Shown: piece by piece, positions 1-13,700 of the stretch
Numbering within the stretch: the first letter of the stretch is position 1
Layout of the letters: each line of letters begins with the position of its first letter
Assembly: GCA_964035545.1 (NCBI GenBank)
Contig: OZ037770.1
Span: 15,552,642-15,616,641 of the forward strand
Length of the DNA stretch: 64,000 nucleotides
Source: Bugula neritina
Taxonomy: Eukaryota; Animalia; Bryozoa
Direction of reading: 5' to 3'
Translations under genes and position numbers: made by a program
The notes under the pieces: generated by a model
Seen by the model: only the letters and a program-made list of their open reading frames with translations
Databases searched by the model: none
What the model was told of the DNA's origin: nothing

Positions 1-80
1 ATCAAAGAGACAGTGATAAAATAATAGTGAGGTACACGCGTAGTGATGACATCATCAGAACACGCAGAGCAGAATAGCAC

Positions 81-3000
81 CTGTTGTTGTCTGTCACCAG
101 AGGAAGCAGTAGACTCTGTGCTGTTAGCAGAAGACAGGCCACTACCGCGACGACCTTCTAGAGCATTCTCTTTCACCTCTGACCTTTCAGCTACCAATTC
201 TTCAGCTGTATCCGTGTCGTCTGCCACCACAGCACCTTCCGGAAGACAACCAGTGTCCTCCACCAGAGGGGGTGGCTGCTCCACCACCCGGTGAGGCATG
301 TTGGTGTCCGGCAGCGGAATGGCTGTGCTGGCACACGGCAGCGAAGTCGCCTTCACGTCTTCATTATTTGCTGACTCAGTGTCATCTTTGGAGGTCAAAC
401 GCTTCACTTTAGACTTTCTCTTCGGTTTGACTGGCGGCTGAGCAGGCGGGGCTTCATTAGATTCGTCCACAGACTTCCTTTGACTAGAACTTTGATCTAC
501 ATCATTAGATTTACTGCTGACATCGTTTCCTGTGCCATCAGGCACCACCGGGCAGCGGTCAGGTGGTGTGGCCATCTTGTCTGAAGTATTTTGGGAAGAG
601 TCAGAGGGTGTTTCCGCTCCAAACACGATGCCTTCTTGTTTACACGTCTCTTTATCCAATCTCTTGGCCTTGGAGACTATAGACTGGTAGCTCTCCCCTT
701 TATTAGAGACAGCTGTAGACCTGTTCATTACAGAAGGTAAGAGTTTGAACGGCAGAACAACATTGTGACACTTGAAACAAAGTGAACTCAGATTGAAAAC
801 AAAAAAAAATAGTTTGAAAAGTATCAATCAAACTGTTCGAAGGAGCTGAGGCTAGAAATATTTAGGAGAATTAACTAAAGTTAGTAGCAGCCAACATTCA
901 AGGTGATCATAGTCATATGCAATTATTTAGATAAAATGGCTAACCAATTTCTTCTTCTTTCTGCATGTTTCACAACCACTTCCCATTCAACAAGTTTCAA
1001 TTTCAAAAATAAAAGAAAGTAAAAGCTGATGTTAAAGTAGAGTATTTATGAGAACTTAGAAGAAGCAGATGACAAGAAGCAGACGACAGGAAGCAGATGA
1101 CAGGAAGCAGACGACAGGAAGCAGACGACAGGAAGCAGAAGACAGGAAGCAGAAGACAGGAAGCAGACGACAGGAAGCAGAAGACAGGAAGCAGAAGACA
1201 GGAAGCAGACGACAGGAAGCAGAAGACAGGAAGCAGACGACAGGAAGCAAATGACAGGAAGCAGAAGACAAGAAGCAGAAGACAACATGACTCACCATCT
1301 GCTCTTCAGAATCTCGTGAGGTGTGAAGCCCTCAAAAATCAGATGATCCAAATCACTGGAGTTACCGAAAGGGTTGAGGGCAAGTCCGGCACTCCGATAC
1401 TGAGTGACATTCTCACAGTCTAAGGGCTCCGTCACCAGCTGTGAAGGAGTCACGTGACCTTCCTTGGTTACTACAGACTGCGTGATTGGTCGAACTGGTC
1501 CTGTCTTGCTGCCACCTGGTGAATACTTGTATGCGTCATGTGAGAGAGAAGGCAATTGCTAACAGCTGTTTAACACTTGAACAGTTTAATTACAGAGAGC
1601 TGCCATATTATACACAACTTGATAATAAACTGACTATAAGTAAACAACTGACAATCTGTGTATACATAAAAATTACGCAAATATTGATGTGGGAGATGAG
1701 AAGACATGTTAACTGCAGGCTATTATACTACTTATGATGGAATGTTCACCATACAGTGTTATATAAACCATATAGTGTTATATAAACCGTACCAGTTTTC
1801 CGAGACACCCTGCCATCACTGCTAATAGACTGTATGCTCTTCTGGGCCGTCTCAAGAGACTGTGCGAGTAAATCTTCCTTGGTGGGTGTCGGCTCTTCTG
1901 TCTTTCTGTCTGTGAACATACAATACTAGTTGCAGTAGATACCAGTTATTACTAACTCAAGTCTCAGTAGATACTAGTAGATACTAACTGCGGTGTTGAA
2001 CACTGATACGGCTCGTGTCTGACTCGAGGAGGTGTAAAAGGAGCGGCTCCAGCACTCTGCTGATGTCATCACACTGTACGCAGTGAACTATCCAATCACG
2101 AACCACTTCCTGTATAATCTCCGCCTCCCCCATTAAAGCAGAGAGGGCCACCTAGTAATATATACTGAGTTACTAGTAATATATACTGAGTTACCAGTAA
2201 TATATACTGAGTTACTAGTAATATATACTGAGTTGCTAGTAATATATACTGAGTTGCTAGTAATATATACTGAGTTACTAGTAATATATACTGAGTTACC
2301 AGTAATATATACTGAGTTGCTAGTAATATATACTGAGTTGCTAGTAATATATACTGAGTTACTAGTAATATATATTGTGTTACTAGTAATATATACTGAG
2401 TTACTAGTAATATATACTGTGTTACTAGTAATATATACTGTGTTACTAGTAATATATACTGAGTTACTAGTAATATATACTGTGTTACTAGTAATATATA
2501 CTGTGTTACTAGTAATATATACTGAGCTACTAGTAATATATACTGAGTTACTAGTAATATATACTGAGTTACTAGTAATATATACTGAGTTACTAGTAAT
2601 ATATACTGAGTTACTAGTAATATATACTGAGTTACTAGTAATATATACTGAGTTACTAGTAATATATACTGAGTTACTAGTAATATATATACTGTGTTAC
2701 TAGTAATATATACTGTGTTACTAGTAATATATACTGAGCTACTAGTAATATATACTGAGTTACTAGTAATATATACTGAGTTACTAGTAATATATATACT
2801 GTGTTACTAGTAATATATATACTGTGTTACTAGTAATACATACTGTGTTACTAGTAATATATACTGAGTTACTAGTAATACATACTGTGTTACTAGTAAT
2901 ATATACTGAGTTACTAGTAATATATACTGAGTTACTAGTAATATATTTTAATGAATTAGGAGTTATGTTACCATGAGAACTTGCTGTGTAAAGGCATAGT

Positions 3001-6000
3001 CTGTTTGCGAGTCTCGAGTTTGGTGCCAGAAATACGTGAACTTCCTGTAAGCCTCGAGTCTGACGTCTGCAGCAGAATGAAGAGAAGTATGAGTGTAAAG
3101 TTATGATAACATATATCTAAGTATGCACAGGACATATAGTAATGTTCTTAGATATATTTTAAAATGACTAAGCCTTTCAATTATTCAAACAATCTTTAGC
3201 AAAAGCGCTACAAATGTTTTCACAATGCTTCTTATTATAGTCAGATGTTATTATGAGTTTATCACAGTTAGACAATAAGTATATTAATATGCAGCTGGTC
3301 TATTAATATACACCTAGTCTATGAATACACAGACAGCTAGTCTATGAATAGACAGACAGCTAGTCTATTAATAGACAGACAGCTGGTCTATGAATAGACA
3401 GACACACCCATATTCTTATGAATCAGATCTCTAATCATTATAGTCTGTAAAGATTCCCTCTTCGCGTCATCAGAATCAGAATGAGCAGAACTGGTGAAGA
3501 GAAGGGCGGATAGGAGCAGACTAGATTCTCTGCTGAACGCCAACTCTTTGATATCCATATGAGACCAGACATGGGCAAACAAATCCTACAAACAGGGGAG
3601 ATAATAAACAGAGAGTGTTTATACTTTGTAATGGGTCACAGAAGAAGTATTACAGAGAAACGGTAACTCACAGAGAGATGAGAGAGTATATACAGTGAGA
3701 TGGAACTGTCAACCACGGGACTTATCCTCAACACGGGCCGGTGATCAGTGAGCGAGAAACTGTCTATAGATGGCGACACACTTCCTCTGTGTGACCTATA
3801 TTCCTTCTCCTCGCCTGATAGGTTGGCCAGTCTAACTAGGTCAATCAGGAATGCTGTGCTAATGAGCTTTGTCTGCATATTGCTGACTCTTTTACCGACC
3901 GCTGTATCGGACAGTAGCTGGATCCATTCTGGAACACCGTCTGGAGGTTCTACATATAGATACCTAGATCTTAGAATATGTAGATATAGACATCTTAGAA
4001 TATGTAGATATAGACACCTTAGAATATGTAGATATAGATACCTTAGAATATGTAAATACAGATACCTTAGAATATGTAGATATAGACACTTTAGAATATG
4101 TAGATATAGATACCTTAGAATATGTAGATATAGATACCTTAGAATATGTAAATACAGATACCTTAGAATATGTAGATATAGACACTTTAGAATATGTAGA
4201 TATAGATACCTTAGAATATGTAGATATAGATACCTTAGAATATGTAAATACAGATACCTTAGAATATGTAGATATAGACACTTTAGAATATGTAGATATA
4301 GATACCTTAGAATATGTAGATATAGATACCTACACCTTAGAATATGTAGATATAGATACCTACACCTTAGAATATGTAGATACAGATACCTGCAGGAACT
4401 GATGATTTGGGAGAACAAACGGGAAAACTGGAGATTTCTATGAGCAGGAAACAGCAAGACAGCAGAGCATACTTCCTGTTCTCTTCATCCATTTCCTCTT
4501 TAGAGTCGACAGAGAGAATAGACGAGCAGAGAATTTCTTGTAAGGAAGGGACACTATCCTGTACGGTGACCTCAGCAGTGCCTGTAATTCAGCATACTGT
4601 AGTGAGTACTGTATACACTGTAGTGAATACTGTATACACTGTAGTGAGTACTGTAGTACACTGTAGTACACTGTAGTGAGTACTGTAGTACACTGTAGTG
4701 AGTACTGAAGTACACTGTAGTGAGTACTGTAGTACACTGTAGTGAGTACTGTAGTACACTGTAGTGAGTACTGTAGTACACTGTAGTGAGTACTGTAGTA
4801 CACTGTAGTACACTATGGTAATGTGTTATGAACCTTCGTCTGCTGAGTGAGTGTCCCGTGGCAAGGCGACGCTAACTAGACGTCTGCACAGCATGAGTAC
4901 GTGCGTCATATCACCCAGACTTGTGTTGGCTATGTTCTCCTTCAGCATGGTCAGCAGGTTGTACAGTAGTCTGGGAAGATGCACTGTCTGTGTCTCTACA
5001 TAACTCTCCTGTAACACGGCAGACACGCACGCAATCATCAACCTAGTCTCAGGTGCTATTCATTGGGGCAAAGTTGAAACTTTCCAATGTCATCATAAAA
5101 CAGAAGCAAATACATCTTTACTATCCATATTACACATTGGCCCGAGGGGGGGTCAACTGTTTATTAAAACACAGGCTATATATAGAGAAGCTCAAGAATG
5201 GGTGGATTAGTTTCAAGTTGCAGACATGAAGAGTAATGAGAAGATACTATAACTGAGCTCACACCTGTATTGCTGCAATGTCACATTCAATGCATCGATA
5301 GAGATCTAAGTTGGTGTGAAACCTAATGAGTAGGTTATTATGATACATACAAAGGTAGTAGGTACTTTAGTAGTTGACATTTCCAGACAGGTGTCCTGTC
5401 ATACGGTTACTCACCAGTGGAACAATAGAGAGGAGCATATTGGCAATGTCACAATACTCTGACATGTCCAGACAGGTGTCCTGACGGACCTCACTAGGCC
5501 AGAGCACCTTCTCATAAACGTCTGCAAGAAACTCCCACAGGAAATGAGGTTCCAGAGTGGCGAAGAGGAGGTTACACGTCTTCAGCAACTCCGAGAAGAG
5601 TTTTGGGGCGAGTTCTGTCGTGCTAAAGATGTGTCAAAAGGAGTTTTAAAATAACTGCATGAGTCCTGATTGAGAAATTAAATAAAACAGATTGGATAGT
5701 GAGTAGAGGTACCTGGTAGGTGATGTGGAGAATAAGTTCAGGTCAATGTTAAGTGACTCGGCTATACTGCAGGTACACAGGTCTGGACTGGAGAGAAGCT
5801 GTTTCTCTGTGTGCAGAGAGTAGAACCTCCGCACGAACCTGAACACATTGACTAGAATGTCCTCCAGAATCACAGAACCTATCTCTACTCTATCCAGGAG
5901 ACTGATTATTACTCGCAGAGGTTTCATCATCTCGTAGGAGTCTGTAGACATGCTGTGGAGATGTGACCTTAGACTCTGTACCAGTAGCCTACAATATGAA

Positions 6001-6736
6001 CATACATTAGACTCTGTACCAGTAGCCTACAATATGAACATACATTAGACTCTATACCAGTAGTCTACAGTATGAACATACATTAGACTGAGTACCAGGA
6101 ATCTACAGTATGAACATACATTAGAAGTAAAGCTAAGAGACATCTATATACCAAACTGCACGTTGAAAAGGTAAGTTACACTTACTTTCTAGAGTGTACG
6201 TTGAAGTACTCCAACTCCGGTTCACTCGCAGAGCTGCTACCGCTGTCGTTTCGCTGTCGCTCAGTTTCGGAGTCGTTCCTCGCTTTCTTTACCATCCTAC
6301 CCCCTTCACAATACACACCACACACATGTACACAATACACAAGCAATAGAATATTGTACAGAACATCTGGAGAAGAGAGAGTCGAGGATGACACACTACT
6401 GTGTTGCTATGAGATGATTGGATAAACTGACACTGACAGTCACTTGTATCCCACTGCTGTAAAAGGAAGACTGCTAAGGTAATAAGTAGAACAACAGCTT
6501 ACCAGTTGCGGTGACCCCCAGCAGCCACCCGTAGAGTCTCCTGTTCAAGGACATATCCCGTCTCAACAAGACCAGCAGAGCAGACTCGATCACGTCTGAT
6601 TGGTCGGGTCTGCTGAGTTGACTGCCGTGGAAGGGGAAGGCAACTGCTAATATGTCCAGAGTGTTTCTCTGTACCAGGACAGCCGAGTCCTCCAGACAAC
6701 CCCGGAGAGCTAAAACCTGGACAGACAGACAGAGAG

Positions 6737-6773
<37 letters not shown>

Positions 6774-8639
6774 CATTATATATATATATATATAATACGT
6801 AGAATAAGATAGTATATTGAGCTATAGCGTAGTGTATGTACGTACCAGTAGCCCGAGATCGTTGCCTAGCAGGTAGAGCTGATCCTCCATACTCCTAGTC
6901 TTGTCTATATGAGAGAGTAAGTAAGATGTACCTGCGAGTCTTACACTGGGACTAGAGTGGAGACAACCCCATACGTTGGTGTAGAAATGTTCAGAGCCTA
7001 AAGACTTGCAGAAACTCTCCAGTAGCAGGTTTGTTCTGGAAAGAGACAAAAAAGTAAAGAAGATAAATACAGGGAGATCAGTATTTGTATATTTCTACTA
7101 AATAGAAGAATCTAGAAGGAAGAGACATTAATGACAAGAATTCCCGTATCTCTAACTTTAACCAATGAAATGCTGACCTTTCGTTGAACTCTGACCCTTC
7201 CTCCAGACCTGGCAGAATGCCAAGTATGAGCCCAGATGCCGCTGATTTGATGGAGAGGCTGAGAGGCAAGACAAACGTTTCGTAGAGGTTGAGTAAGACC
7301 GGCTTCACGGTCATGGAGGCGTGGCTTAGCAGAGGGAGGAGTCCGGAGCTGAATGAGTCATACATTACACATGTTACCTTATTACATAGTATCAGTTAGG
7401 TTATTATATAGTATCAGTTAGGTTATTATATAGTATCAGTTAGGTTATTATATAGTATCAGTTAGGTTATTATATAGTATCAGTTAGGTTATTATATAGT
7501 ATCAGTTAGGTTATTATATAGTATCAGTTGGGTTATTATATAGTATCAGTTGGGTTATTATATAGTATCAGTTAGGTTATTATATAGTATCAGTTAGGAT
7601 ATTATATAGTATCAGTTAGGATATTATATAGTATCAGTTAGGATATTATATAGTATCAGTTAGGTTATTATATAGTATCAGTTAGGTTATTATATAGTAT
7701 CAGTTAGGTTATTATATAGTATCAGTTAGGTTATTATATAGTATCAGTTGGGTTATTATATAGTATCAGTTAGGTTATTATATAGTATCAGTTAGGATAT
7801 TATATAGTATCAGTTAGGATATTATATAGTATCAGTTAGGTTATTATATAGTATCAGTTAGGTTATTATATAGTATCAGTTAGGTTATTATATTGTATCA
7901 GTTAGGTTATTATATAGTATCAGTTAGGATATTATATTGTATCAGTTAGGATATTGTATAGTATCAGTTAGGATATTGTATTGTTAATATCGGTCTGAAG
8001 TGTATTAATGCAAAGAGAAACTGGAGCAAAAGCGTCACATAGTAGAAATAACCTGAGTACAGACTATGTATACAACAAGCTAGTAGCATGAGGAAACAGA
8101 GAAGGGTGGCAATGCATCCTCCCGTACCTGTATATAGGAAAGTCTTTAGCTAACAGAGTTGGCCCGATGACCTTGAATATGACCTCATACAGTTCAAGAG
8201 CTTTAATGTGCACTCCTGCAGGTAAAGCTGGGTGTAGACATTGTGCCAACCGCTTACCTATCGTTATCTTCTTGGGCAAATATGTGTAGGATTTATTGTT
8301 TGATATTACCTGCAACAGAAAAAATAAAAACCATTTAAAAACATAGAGTGCAAATATTGGGGTGATAATTTCCCACGAAAAGTTTGTAATTACTCATGCG
8401 ATGTATGACGAAGAACAATAACATAATAGTTGCATTTTCTTAGCCCCATACAGGAAACAAGTTTTAGTTAATTCAAAGAAGATAGAAAGTTGAGTTGCCT
8501 TGATGACTTTAGCTAAAGCACTGATGAGATCTGCCCACTCATTGGTCGACTCAAACGCCCGAAGAGCTTTGTCCATAACATTGACATAACTTCTGTACTT
8601 TGAGTCACTCAAGGCTAACTTCTGCTCTTCACTCTGCAT
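81..8639 (-). CDS. DOP1: Protein dopey / DOP1 leucine zipper-like protein, 5' portion (multi-exon, continues beyond window start)
   Basis: Exons 8499-8639 (MQSEEQKLALSDSKYRSYVNVMDKALRAFESTNEWADLISALAKVIK), ~8128-8310 (LPKKITIGKRLAQCLHPALPAGVHIKALELYEVIF), ~7177-7350 (GLLPLLSHASMTVKPVLLNLYE..ILPGLEEGSEF), ~6847-7037, ~5713-5987 (KPLRVIISLLDRVEIGSVILEDIL), ~5416-5623 (TCNLLFATLEPHFLWEFL), ~4830-5009 (ETQTVHLPRLL) and further exons down to ~81-720. These match the Dopey_N motifs EWADxIS and KRLAQCLHPALPxGVH. Confidence 0.95.
1065..1285. repeat. Intronic minisatellite, unit ~GACAGGAAGCAGA(A/C)
   Basis: Direct inspection; source of spurious ORFs 1046-1423. Confidence 0.95.
2152..2945. repeat. Intronic 21-bp minisatellite CTAGTAATATATACTGAGTTA
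   Basis: Direct inspection. Confidence 0.97.
3950..4392. repeat. Intronic 24-bp minisatellite AGATACCTTAGAATATGTAGATAT
   Basis: Direct inspection; begins at the DOP1 splice acceptor. Confidence 0.97.
4597..4815. repeat. Intronic ~22-bp minisatellite TACTGTAGTACACTGTAGTGAG
   Basis: Direct inspection. Confidence 0.95.
5969..6123. repeat. 38-bp x4 tandem repeat spanning a DOP1 intron-exon junction
   Basis: TTAGACTCTGTACCAGTAGCCTACAATATGAACATACA repeated; on the minus strand it contains ttgtag|GCTACTGG. Confidence 0.9.
7380..7980. repeat. Intronic 22-bp minisatellite TTATTATATAGTATCAGTTAGG
   Basis: Direct inspection. Confidence 0.97.
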
Positions 8640-10787
8640 TGTTTCTTCTCACAGAATGGGATTCGGCATGTTGATTTGCTGGCACAGTAGGGTACAAATC
8701 AATTGTAAACTCAAATGAATACATTCAACACAAAATATCAATCTAGTCTTGACTTAAACTGACTGGTAAATTAAACTAAAGAAGTTATAATTGTTACAAA
8801 ATAAAAAATAAACTAATTTCATAGACTAAACGAAAAAATATTTATGGAAATCAACATAGCCTTCCACAATGATTGAAAGTTTAATTGGAATTTTAACTTT
8901 AGGAATAGAAGCAAGACAGACGGTGACGATACTAGCTACAATTAGTATTACAATGATTGTTGCTTCTAATAAAAACAATTTGTAGTTTAACTTACATCAA
9001 CAATTTTTTTATTATTTAATAAATAAATTTTACAATAAACTTTCAATTATACTTGTACTTATAGCTATTTCCAAAACATCAAGTTTAAATCAATTTATAA
9101 TATAAATAATACTAAGACTAAAAGCAAAATAACTAATGGGTTTATCCTACCATACATTCAATTTTATTAGTATTTAATCCATTGTGATTGTATTTGTGAA
9201 GTTATTTTTTCACATTTAACAAATAATAAATTTAATAAGTTACACTTAATCTTATAGGCATGCTGGTCAAAACTAAAAATTTTAAATTGATATTAAACTT
9301 TATATTTAATTTTACATCTGATTGTCATAGTAATTGTCCTTATCATTAAGTTTATGATTATGTCATTGTCAATAACTCAAAGTCAGTGATACTGATACTC
9401 AAATGATTATGATAGTCAAAGAAATGGCTCAATCACAATTACAATCAGTATCACAATGACAATTAGTGTGAATCACTCAATCAATATTAATATCATTATA
9501 TCACAATTATTGACAATCAGTGTGAGTGTCACAATGAAAATGTGAATGTCATTTTTATTTTACAACAAATTAAATAAATTTAAATTGGTATACAGCTATA
9601 CTATCTCGATTTTTAAAACCAACAGCTTTTACAAAAGATATTTTTATAAAATCGTTGCTAAACAGCGAAAATACAAGAGAAATAACTATCATTATGAGTG
9701 TGACTATAAGTTATAGTATAAGTATAACTAGGAGTCACTAGACTTGAAGTTGAAGACTAGCAATATTGCACTGCAAACCGGAAACTAATAATTGCCTAAG
9801 AGCATGATTTATAACTGCTTGTAAAAAACTTTATCGAGTATACTCAGGTGAAAACTGGCTTTTCCTCCATCTTTTTATTAAATAGAAACTAACTAAATTT
9901 TAGTGAGTCAATCTTGTTTGTTAAATTACGCATCCGGTATTTTCATGATTAATATTTTGGCATCGGTTTGCATTCCGATTAGTCATTAGATTCAGTGGAA
10001 GTTCAGAATTTAACTGTAATTGCATCTATAGTGTGTCAATTAAAAAGCTTGTTTTTAAATTAAATGTATTAATTGCTGGAAACTCCAAATCGTTGGTGTT
10101 GCACGATCTGTAAGTTAACCTAAAAATTGACCAAAAAAAATAAAATCAAAATGAAAAAATTATAAATCAATCAAGTTTAACTCAAAACACTGTTTTATGT
10201 GTTTAACTTGAAGTTTTGCTTAGATTTTTGGCACTAACAGTGAAACTGAAGCTGTGCATTTGAAAGTCAAAGTGTAATACTTATAACTAAGCTGATAATT
10301 CAATTTGAATTTATTTTTACATTTTTTATTATTATTTAATTTTATTTGAAACATTTACTTTTAGTTTTAGTTTTAGTTTTTTTTTTAGATTTATCATTAG
10401 TATTAATATTAGCAATATGATTACCATAAGCTTAAAGCTTATGCATAAGATTAAGTTGGTGATAAGTATAAAAAATCATATTTTAAATTTAATAATTGTG
10501 CTAATAATTATATTATGATTATAATCCGTGTAAATATATATATTTACTAAAACCATAATGATAATCTTAAAGTTGATAGAATTAAATTATTTATATTTAT
10601 TTTAATTATTATACTACATGAAAAATTGAAACTGTTGTAAAATTGTTACATTTATGAACATATGATATTTATAATGGCTTTTGTATAATTCATTCAAATT
10701 CTTACGGATAGTTGGACCGAACCCTTTCAGTTTGATTGGTTTGGCAAATTTATTATCTTTTGTATTTAATAGTGAATTGATTTAAAC

Positions 10788-13700
10788 ATGGATGGTGACA
10801 CTGGAGCCTTCAGTCTGACTGAAGATTCCATCTCAGATGACTGTGAGTTTTATTCAAAATTAGAAATGTGTTAATATATTTATCAACATTCACATCACTT
10901 TATTGAAATAGTAGGTGAAAATTCGCAAGCCTAAAGTGTTTTAGAAAAAATGGAAACATGTATAATAATTTCTTTATGAACTTATTCACTGATTCTTAGC
11001 TGATATTTTGTGGGATTATGTTTCATGATTGGTAGTTGTTTCATGTTCTCCCACAGCTACTTATGCTACTGCTCAGACTACACACAAAGGTGATGAGAAT
11101 TTTGCAGACACTAGTGCAGCAGCCAATGAAAGTGTAGAATACATAACTCTAGTAACCAATGAAAATACAGAACACATAGGTATGCCATTTAGCATAAATA
11201 CGAATTATTTTACCTAACTCTAATCTATGTGGCATATCAGTTCAAATGTTTATTTGTCATATGATGTACAAGTTACAACATTTGTTTATATGTAGTACTT
11301 ACTGAGCTTTATTTAGGTAATGAGGTTAAATAAAGTGCAGGTCATGTCTAGATTAAAATATAATAAGCTTGCCTGATAACTTTAAGGCAAAAACATGTAA
11401 ATAACTTTGGCATGAGATGAAATGCAGGTCACTAGCTGTGAACACATGGTCCAACTTGGCTCTAGGGTAGAAATAGCCTTAGATATCAAAACGTATGACA
11501 GGAAGGTGTGCAACCCGCCCTCACTGTGCTAGATGAACTCAGTCAACTCAAAGGTTGCATAACATGTTCTGTTGCCAAGATAATTGCTGTGGATATTGAT
11601 GTGGCTAGATGATTTTATTCTTGACATTCTTTCAACTGCGAATAGGTGACTCACCAAATGGTGGACCTCAGTCTAGTTCTCAACAGCTACAGGGCGAGAC
11701 TGTACCACCCCCATCTGGTATGTTAATATGTGTTGGTTTTGTGGGAGTCAATAGTTCTTTTGTTTGTATAGGAAGTCACTCGTTTATTTTTAGGTATTGT
11801 CTTTTGGAAATTCCAGTTTGTGTTCAGTGTAACCACATAGCTGTCACATCCTTGTTTAATTTATCACTCAATCAAAAACCCGTCATATATAATTATTAAA
11901 GCATTCCTCCCTTACGCTCCCTCTGTCCTCTTCAAGTAGTGGGACAATTATTTAGGCAATGGTTGGAGTTGTGCCTCTTTAATTTAGTTTACCAACTTTT
12001 CTCAACTAAAGAAATTGATGCATATTTATTACCAACATTTTTTGAAAATTGTTCGGTTGGTTTTTGTCAGAATCTTTCCTGAGTGTTGATATCCTAATCT
12101 GGTTTAGTCTGTTTGCACAGTCTGTTCATATAGTCTATTCACTCCCCCCCCCCCCCCCATTCTTACTGTAGATGAGAACAATACAGTAGTAGCTCCGCCT
12201 ACTGACACAGATACCATTGTGACTAGAGACACGCCCACATCTGATTCCACATTAGCTGATACATTAGACCAATCAGCCGACACACTCAACTTGCCAACTG
12301 ACCAATCAGCTAATAGACTCTGTGAAGCTGCTCAGGCAGATGTCGACCGGCCGTCTGCGGCAGCTAAGAGTCAGAAGTCAGCAACTGACAGCTCTACCTC
12401 TAGTCCCTCTCAAGCCCCCCTCCCCCCTCAGGTCAGACAATCATCATCTCCACCCCACTTCTCTATCGGCGTAGACCCGTCCCAGAAACCCTCAGCCTAT
12501 CCAGGTACGGATTCAGTATAATATATAACCACTCTAACTCGTAATATTCTAGAATATTCCATACCCTCCATACCTTCTTCTCCTGCAGAACAAGAAAGAC
12601 CCCGCAGTCAATCCACTCCTAAACCCTCCCCCATTGATCCCGGTCGAAAGAAACATCTGTCAGGAAACCCGCCTGGCGTACGTGGTGAGTTTGTCCTTGA
12701 ACTTTAGAGTAACTGTCAGTGACTAGTATCAGTGTGTAGAGTGTATACTATATATAACTCAGGTGTAGAATGTATACTATATATAACTCAGGTATAGAAT
12801 GTATACTACATATAACTCAGGTATAGAATGTATACTATATATAACTCAGGTATAATGTATACTATATATAACTCAGGTGTAGAATGTATACTATATATAA
12901 CTCAGGTGTAGAATGTATACTATATATAACTCAGGTATAGAATGTATACTATATATAACTCAGGTATAATCATAGAATCTACAAAGTCGAGAGAGAATTC
13001 ACCCAACAGATCTCCCGGGTTGAGTCCCGGTTTCCTAGGAGACAGAGTCTTTGTGTTACCTCCAGAAGTATCGCCTCGGCATGGTGGTTTGCCAACCACC
13101 AGCGTCAGTGACTATTCCATACACTCTGGTAGGTCACATGACTATTCCATACACTCTGGTAGGTCACATGACTATTCCATACACTCTGGTAGGTCACATG
13201 ACTATTCCATACACTCTGGTAGGTCACATGACTATTTCATACACTCTGGTAGGTCACATGACTATTCCATACACTCTGGTAGGTCACATGACTATTTCAT
13301 ACACTCTGGTGGGTCACATGACTATTCCATACACTCTGGTAGGTCACATGACTACTTCATACACTCTGGTAGGTCACATGACTATTCCATACACTCTGGT
13401 AGGTCACATGACTATTCCATACACTCTGGTAGGTCACATGACTATTCCATACACTCTGGTAGGTCACATGACTACTCCATACACTCTGGTAAGTCACATG
13501 ATATATTCAGGTGGAGCAGGAAGTGGGGGAAGTTCGACACCTCAAGGAAGTAGCTCCGAGACCGGAACTCGTCCGAAGACGACGCCGAGGCCGGTGAGTG
13601 ACAGACGTCATCTACAGAAGAGAGGCTCTGGTCGGTTCAGACGGCTCTCTGGCGGCTCCGGCAGCATCCAGCTGCAGCTCCAGAGGAGGAGGAGGGAAGT

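Noticed and set aside
13111-13500. Regular 30-bp repeats resembling a CRISPR array
   Set aside because: Head-to-tail units with no unique spacers, eukaryotic context, no cas genes.
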